From positions 9,920,001-9,984,000 of the forward strand of contig CP075495.1 in the NCBI GenBank assembly GCA_021613535.1: DNA of 64,000 nt. The letters are read 5' to 3'. Below are positions 56,672 through 64,000 of this stretch, in pieces. The notes beneath the pieces were generated by a model. The model did no database searches. It was not told where the DNA came from and saw only the letters and a list, made by a program, of their open reading frames with translations. This DNA is from Adineta vaga. Lineage: Eukaryota > Animalia > Rotifera. The first letter of the stretch is position 1. Each line of letters starts with the position of its first letter. Both the position numbers and the translations under genes were made by a program.

Positions 56672-58946
56672 ATGAGTAAATATATAATCAGTTTTAACGT
56701 TCTCATATTCGTTTTTATCCTAATGACAATCGATGCTGGACGTATTTTTTATCTTCCATTACCGAAAATACATTCATCACAATCTGATTTAAAATCAACA
56801 TTGAACACACACGAACCAGTGAAACATACTAATGAAAAAAAATCTATCAATGATGAATTTATACCATTATCATCTATGGAACGTAACATGTTCGAAGAAC
56901 AAGAGGAAATTGAAAGTAATCTATTTATATTGTAATGTATTATATATAGATGTTCTGTGTTGTATTTTGTGAAAAGAAGATCGAAGTAAAACATATTTCT
57001 GAATATTCTATTGTATATTTATATCTTTTTGTGTTCTTATTCATCTAGTTTATATGAAACTAATCTCTAGTATATAATTTTTCTATTCTTAATAGAACGA
57101 GAAACCTTTGGTTGGGAAACATTGGTCGATAAAGAAGCATCAACAAGTAAGTTTTATTTTACAATTATTGTTTTGCTTAAATAGACATGTAATTGCTTAT
57201 TTTCGTATAGATCAACGAGAACTAGATTATTTGACATCATTGGATCACGGAACACGAGTGTTGAATGAAGTCAAAAAAGATGAATCATGGGCTGTAGATA
57301 CAGCAAATAGTCGAACAGAACGTTTACAATCAGATACTATTCAAAGTGATTCCGAACATGCACAACGACGTAACGATACATTATTTCTTTGTAAGTTATA
57401 TTTATATTTAAATCGAATGAATTCGTTTTCAACAATTGAATCATCTGTGATGAAGATTATTCTTCACGTAGAGGAAAAAAGAAAAGAAAATATACTTGTC
57501 ATCGTTAGAACTGTCAGTTTAAAAAGGAAATAGAGTATTTGCATAATTCTAACATGAATATATCAAATAAATTGTTAAAATTAGAATGTAAAGTTCAACT
57601 TGACTTCAAGAATCGCTCCTCATTCCATCAATTATAGTGAGAATTGTATGATTCTAGGACTTTTCTTTGATGTTTCCTCTGTTGATCAGATCTTAAAACA
57701 AAATCTTCTATTTGCTTGTTTTTTATAGTAATTGTTGGTACTTGCAGTCTAGTTGGTGTTTTGGGTCTTGTTGCAGCAGCTATTTTTTGGTATAGGTATG
57801 TATACAGTTCATATATTCTTAAATAAGATATTTCGATACGAAATGAAGATTATTTTACGAAGTCATCTACAAAATCAAGCGAATGAAATATTCAAATTGT
57901 TCTCAGACAATTTATAAATAGATGAGATATCTCAATATTAAAAATAACATCTGTGATTATTTCCTCTTGTTAGATTTTAATAAAAAATACTATGAATGAA
58001 GGAAGCTCCTGTTGCTTTTCCTGCGTAAGTTAAATCCGGTGTAGAATGTATGAATGTCATGATTTACTACCTCTTTCTTTGTACGACTGCACAGATATTT
58101 CTGCAGACAAGACGTCATATCCTATTATTATTATTCTAATTTTGTTGAAATATCGGATTTCACATAATTTTCATTTAGTTATCAGTCTTTTCAAAACGGA
58201 ATAATGACCTATAATAATCATTAGAACATTTTCATGAATAAGTCAAGCGAAGACAATCTGTTCTTTCTTAATTAGAAATATCTTACAAAATACTCACTCT
58301 AGTGATAGATTATGAATTTTTCATATTCTCATTCATATTTTAACGTAATTTTAATCATAGAAATGATAAAACGATGTATGAGATGCGACAAGTATTTTAC
58401 TTTTTTAATAGAATTCAAAAACGAGCTGAAGCAGCACTTGATTCAGAATATCCATCATATGGTGTTAATGGATCTGGCAGTAAAATCTCACCAAGTTCAA
58501 CAATATCCGATCGAAAATTAGCTCAAAGTGCTCAAATGTTTCACTATCAACAACAGCGACAACAAATGATGGCACAAGAAAAGTATGCGTTGTATTCCTA
58601 AAAGTCTAGTTTTTATTTCATTGAAATTATTTTTCATAGAGCTCATCTTGACACAAAACCGACTCATTCTGATGATTCAGACGATGAAATACCTCACGGG
58701 GGTGATTATACTGTTTATGAATGTCCTGGTCTAGCTCCAGTACGTTGGATTTTTTTTTTCTCAAAAGACTGATAATATTTGTTCGTTTTTTAGACGGGTG
58801 AAATGGAAGTTCGCAATCCACTTTTTACTGAACCAGAATCATCTCCATCAACATCACATCCAACAACTAACAGTCATTATCCTCAATTATCAAGTGCACT
58901 GCCACCAGCATCATCATCATCAACGCAAGAAAAATCCTTGTCATAA
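56672..58946 (+). CDS. NPDC1: Neural proliferation differentiation and control protein 1 / CAB-1 homolog, multi-exon type I membrane protein
   Basis: Signal peptide; TM exon near 57729-57795 (IVGTCSLVGVLGLVAAAIFWY); DRKLAQSAQMFHYQQQRQQM; DYTVYECPGLAP|TGEMEVRNPLF. Confidence 0.9.
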
Positions 58947-59179
58947 AATTACGTATTGCATCAATATTCCCAGCATTGTCTTTGGTGATCGGTTGCCCTA
59001 CTTAATTTTTGCCCTTTTCTTTTCTTCTTTATTCGACATCAACAAATTTGCTGAAATGTATATGGATGAAAGTCTCACATTGTCATCTGAATTTTTCATT
59101 TATCAATCATTAAAATATAATAATATTTTCTCCTTCTCTAAGACAAGAAATAATAAAGTGAAGTAATCCATAAATATTA

Positions 59180-59836
59180 TCAACGAAGCGATTGAATACT
59201 ATTCGATCTTCTATGATCAATAGAAATACCATCCAAATTATATTTTGTCCATTGATTAAACAGATGAGAAATAGTCGATGCTGTCTTTTCACTTAATCGA
59301 AAAGTATTCATAAGAAATGTATGAAAATCTTCGGATGTATCGTGTATGAGAAAACGACCAAGTAAATCTTGTATTGTATAAACATTCATTAATTTAAATC
59401 GTTCAATATCGTGAATAGTGGTATCTAACAATAAAAAAATCAAAATGAATGAATGAGTGAATGAAATCTTAGTATGTTTTCTTTTATCGATAATACTTAA
59501 AACTACAAGAGATTTTTGGCAAATTAACTATCAATATCTAAGAGAAAACGATCACTCTACAGATAAAGTACATTGAAATGATACTTTACTTGGAAATTCA
59601 TCAATAGTTCGATTACATAGATGAGCTCGATGAAAATTATCTTCCGTTAATGATCCAGTATGTAATTGATTGTGACTATTTTTCGTAACATTAACTTTAG
59701 ATTTTATGTCCGGATTTAATGGCATTGGAGAGTTGATAGAAACAGAATCCGATATATTCGTTGTCTGTTTACATCGTTTCTGTAAAACATGATCAACAGA
59801 AACAAGAGTATCATACATATTATTCCAAGGATTCAT
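59180..59836 (-). CDS. Divergent barrier-to-autointegration factor (BAF)-like protein with N-terminal extension; 2 exons
   Basis: IQDLLGRFLIHDTSEDFHTFLMNTFRLSEKTASTISHLFNQWTKYNL parallels recalled BAF [48 protein letters not shown]. A phase-1 intron (about 59589-59425) joins the two ORFs. Confidence 0.6.
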
Positions 59837-59967
59837 GCTTTCAAACTAATACGACTTTGGATTTATTGCTTAATATAAGATAGAACGAAGGATACGAAAA
59901 AAAAGTTGTTCACACAAACACACACACAGCACGCGCGCGTTTAATTGTTTTTGTTTCATGTTTTTAT

Positions 59968-60904
59968 TTAGAGACTTTCATAATGTTGCTTAATACAAAG
60001 GCCACCTGTATGAGTGTTACACATATTTTCGTAGCAACAAACGTAATGTTTTGAATCGCATTTGAGATCCTTATCAATGACTTCACCGAAACCAAAACCA
60101 CCACGACTAATAGCAGCACCAGTTTTGGGATCAAATTCCTATTGAATATACGATACAGATATAGATGAAATATAGAATTGTATAACATACTGTATAGCAG
60201 ATTAAATTGCTGGCACCAAGAAGAGCTGAAGTTCGAACGTCAGCACTTCCGAGTCTTTGTGGTCGGCAAGCTTCAGAACCTTTACATTCGTAACAGGCTT
60301 TAACTTCTTTCTTTTCTTTTGGTTGTGCTGTAAATAAAACATGTATGCATATTGTTTTCTTTTCATTCAATCGAAATGATAAAAATATTTACGAATTGGT
60401 GGGCATGGTGCTTTCATATGTTTATTGCAAAATGGTCCTTCACAGCAGATATGAAATCGATCGTCACATTTGAATTTTTTATCAAAAGATTCACCGAATC
60501 CATAGGCACCTCGTTTAAGAATATTGCCTGCATCATCGAATTTCTTGAAATAATAAAAAGAAAAAAAAATAAATGTATAATAATCAATAATATCAACAAT
60601 ATTATTCATAAAATAAAGACTATTCTTCTTACCGTGTAGCATGTTAAAACATTGGCACCAAATACTTTCGAGGTTTTTGAAGCATATTTTTGAAATGGAA
60701 CACCGTTACATTTTGTTATTTTTTCTCCCCAAAATTTCCACCATTTCGATGGGTTTTTATCATCACATTGATAGCAAATTTTTGCTTCAATGAGATTTAA
60801 TTGAACTGAGATCACTAGAAAAAATATAAAATGAATCTGTCGTATATTTCTATTACAAACTTACAGCAAACTAGAGCAGCAAAAAAAAGAAGTTTCGATG
60901 TCAT
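59968..60904 (-). CDS. Secreted cysteine-rich protein with two tandem Ly6/uPAR (three-finger)-like domains; 5 exons
   Basis: Signal peptide MTSKLLFFAALVC|LISVQLNLIEA. Repeats ICYQC..LTCYT|KFD..RGAYGFGE..CD..ICCEGPFCN and ACYEC..LICYT|EFD..RGGFGFGE..CD..VCCYENMCN. Ends HYESL* with no hydrophobic GPI tail. Confidence 0.75.
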
Positions 60905-61993
60905 CTTATTATATGCGACGATAAAAACACGCGAACTGGATACTCGTCAGAGTGAGAAAGAAATATAACGAACTGTATAATATATATATATAGACATATA
61001 TGTTCGCATTTATGATGTTGATAGCCGCACACAAAGATAAACATCAAGGCACTAACATTAGTTCTGTATCTGGTATATTATACATACGTTAGTCAAGAGA
61101 AAAAGATAAATGTCTGTTTGATGACGTTGGGGATGAAGAAAAAAAACAAGATGCGATAGATAAGAGATTAGTTCTGTCAGGGACGTGTCATAGAGGAAAA
61201 TATACGAAAGTTATCTATCTTAATCTATCCTAATTTCTTTCTTTTCACTTATCTGTCCGTGAAGAGGAAGAAGAAGAACTAATGAAAGAAAACAGAGAGG
61301 CGTTCATTAACAGCATATCAGAGAAAAAAGAAATTCTATCGATGATATTAATTCGAATAACGAATGTCTATTATATAAACAAAAACAGAAGGAAATAGAT
61401 CAATAATGCGATTTGAAAGAGAATATTAGATGTGCCGACATGTTAAAATACTTGAACATCGGCGTGAAACAGACAAAATAATTCACATAAATAGATCAAA
61501 GTCATTCGATAGTTCTAATGAAAGTTATTTTGAACAGAAATTGTATCGATACTTCATCTTTAATATGTGTTTAGTTTCATTGACCATTGTTTTACACGTT
61601 TCGTCTTTGTTCAGAGTTGAAAAGGTAAATATTAAAGAGACAGAAATCATCGATGAAGCTGAACTGATGACATCTCAGCTTATGTTCTTTCAATGCATCG
61701 AACGTGATAGATGCAGTGAAAACAAACTCTACTAATAGGATTTTTCCCACGTTAAATAAACATCAGTACTACCGTAGTAACGAGTGTTCGGATCAAATAG
61801 CCATATTGCCATATACTTGACATAGAATATTAGAGAAAATATAGGTCAAAATGTTCTCATATCAAATATCTTATGTAGTTTATTTGCATATATCAAATAA
61901 TATTGAATATCGGACTCTTTAATTGTGCAAACATACATGTCAATTTCATTTTACTCATTCATTTTACAAATACAAATATCGAAGTTCATACCT

Positions 61994-63351
61994 ATGTTAT
62001 TTTTCACTAGTATTCTTAGTTTCTTGTGTATATCTGTGATTGAAATAACAGGATTCGATAATAGTCTTCGATTATATGAATCATTCGCAGAAATTCATCA
62101 AGTATATGATGGCCCACTTCGTTTTCAACAAGCTGACTGGGATAATATAAAACATGAAAGTCTCATTCTTCGATCGGTATCAAACAATACGAATCAAACA
62201 ATATCTTTTCAACGTCGAATCATTCGACTCAATGCCAAAAGTTCAGGTTTGTTAATTTCAATATAATAAATGAAATTTTTCGTGCTCATCTTCATTCTTT
62301 TGTTTTAGATAAAACAATTTTTGTACGAAGACATCCAGCACAAAAAGATACAATTGCTTGTGAATTAATAAAAGAAGATCGTGAATATTCTCTTGTACGT
62401 GATATTGAAACAGGACATTATTTTCGTGTTCAATCTGATCTTATTGAATATTCTTATGAACCACAAACAAATCAATTGTATGAAGTATCATTTCATCCAG
62501 TTTTATTCAATCAGTCTCTTGTTGTTACGTATATTGTTAATAATCTTCATTGGCATGCTCGATATATATTAGAAACATTTAATAATGGTCAAATCAAATT
62601 TCAAATTTTAGCTGATATCATTAATTTAAGTCCAATAGCATATCATTCTAATCAAACATATTTAATGTCAGGTGATATTAATTTAGCATTTGGAAATGGT
62701 AAAAGTTCATCATTGGTAGTTTCAAGTGATACATTAGAAAGTACTATTGATTATAGTGGTGTTCATTTATTTTCTTCAATAAATGATTCATTAACAATCG
62801 AACCATATTCAATACTTACTTTACCTATTCTTTTACCATATATTCGTGTCAAAGTTCTATTTGTTTATTCACTTATTCTATCAATACCATTACCTGCAAC
62901 AAATAATGCGCAATCGATTATTTCAGGTAAACATAAATTTCAACGTTTATATCAATTATCGAATAGTTCGTCACTTCTTCCAACGGGTCATCTACTTCTT
63001 TATGATTCATCATCTCATGTTCTCACTGGTGAATGGTATTTACCAACCTTAGCAGAATCGGAAAAATATGAATTTGAATTAGGACAAGATCCTGATATAA
63101 TGCTTCTATACAATCGAACATTATTAACTAATCGTACAACAAATTCATCAATAATGACAACAAATGTTCTTATACAAAACTATAAACAACGTCAAGTTAA
63201 TATTCGTTTTAAATCTTTGTGTCAATTATCAATTACATGCTTATTTTATGATAATAAAGCACGGCCACTTGGCTCACGTCTTCGTTCGGATCTTGCTATT
63301 GATGCAAAATCCGAAATTGCATTTACATTCACTGTCGTACGACTCAGTTAA
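61994..63351 (+). CDS. DUF4139-like secreted protein; 2 exons (61994-62246, 62309-63351)
   Basis: Signal peptide; LRLYESFAEIHQ, VTYIVNNLHWHARYIL, LLPTGHLLLYD, FELGQDPDI, NVLIQNYK and a terminal beta strand, as in DUF4139 proteins. A 62-nt phase-1 intron restores the frame. Confidence 0.65.
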
Positions 63352-63885
63352 CCAGAAGGCAGAAAACTGTTTTTTTATTTGTTTATAGTATTGTTATAGT
63401 TAGTACATGTAATCATATTTAATCGGTAGTGCAAAATAAAAAATATAGTGAAGAAAATATGTGAAAAAAAGACATATTTCTAAAGGGAGTAAGATACAAA
63501 AAAAATGTAAATAAGCGTCCTCGTACTAGATATTCTCTCAAAAACGTGTTTATGAGAGGTAATATGTACAATAGCGATTTTTTTGGCCTCCCCCTAAGTT
63601 AATATTTAAAAAAAACAACGACACAAGTGTAAAAGGAGAGAGGGGATACGTCGAAGGTAAAAGTATAAAATCTTACATTGCGGGTACACGCGACTCCATC
63701 TCCTCCTATCGGTCGACGATAGAGAAAAAACGTAAAAATTTTATGATATATAATATGAGAGAGACTAAACATATAGGTGTCTATGTATATATGATCATTA
63801 CTAAAAGCAATAACCTATCAGAAAAAAAAACCGAAATATTTTTTGTTAATTGATCAAGAAGATATACTCAAATTTATCATTCAAA

Positions 63886-64000
63886 ATGGATATTATAAAT
63901 GAAACTAGCAGTACAAGTAAAGATGTACACGATGAATGTCATTTATCCGAAGAAGAAATCAAACATGCTTATAATTTAACACTTCATATTGTATCAGTTT
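63886..64000 (+). CDS. 5' end of a probable ZIP (ZRT/IRT-like) metal transporter, truncated by the window edge
   Basis: Open from ATG to the edge: MDIINETSSTSKDVHDECHLSEEEIKHAYNLTLHIVSV. C...YNLxLHIxx resembles the entry to TM1 of fungal/plant-type ZIPs. Only 38 codons are visible. Confidence 0.4.
   Translation, partial: MDIINETSSTSKDVHDECHLSEEEIKHAYNLTLHIVSV

Noticed and set aside
59846-59895. GTATCCTT (U12-like 5' splice site) upstream of the BAF-like ATG on the minus strand
   Set aside because: No TCCTTAAC-like branch point before the candidate AG, and the match is imperfect.
63400-63800. Slightly GC-richer patch with C and G runs, a possible MITE remnant
   Set aside because: No terminal inverted repeats or target-site duplication could be defined by eye.

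Overview
AT-rich eukaryotic genomic DNA with many short (about 47-75 nt) GT-AG introns. Conserved animal genes are interleaved with genes that look non-animal. This combination suggests a bdelloid rotifer, but that is an inference. Animal genes: ARL2, AHCYL1/IRBIT-like, GSAP/pigeon, an SLC9A Na+/H+ exchanger, GRIP (multi-PDZ), TBC1D32/broad-minded, three tandem rhodopsin-like GPCRs (the third disrupted), RNPC3 (U11/U12-65K), NPDC1/CAB-1, a divergent BAF-like gene, a secreted double Ly6/three-finger-like gene and a small CCHC zinc-finger gene. Candidate horizontally acquired genes: a CorA-family transporter and a Trk/HKT K+ transporter (tail-to-tail, 7 bp apart), a bacterial-type alpha/beta hydrolase with a mitochondrial-like presequence, a MerT-like + HMA fusion, a DUF4139-like protein and probably a ZRT/IRT-like ZIP cut off at the right edge. 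Highlights: (1) GRIP has four phase-matched alternative first exons, one starting [10 protein letters not shown] and resembling the palmitoylated vertebrate GRIP1b N-terminus; (2) IRBIT has a similar set of alternative N-termini; (3) the foreign-looking genes are biased to cation/metal transport, including a CorA with STN in place of GMN; (4) RNPC3 and the MerT-HMA gene may form a trans-spliced operon; (5) the GPCR array shows mosaic identity consistent with gene conversion. All family calls come from recalled motifs, with no database search. Exon boundaries were read by eye.
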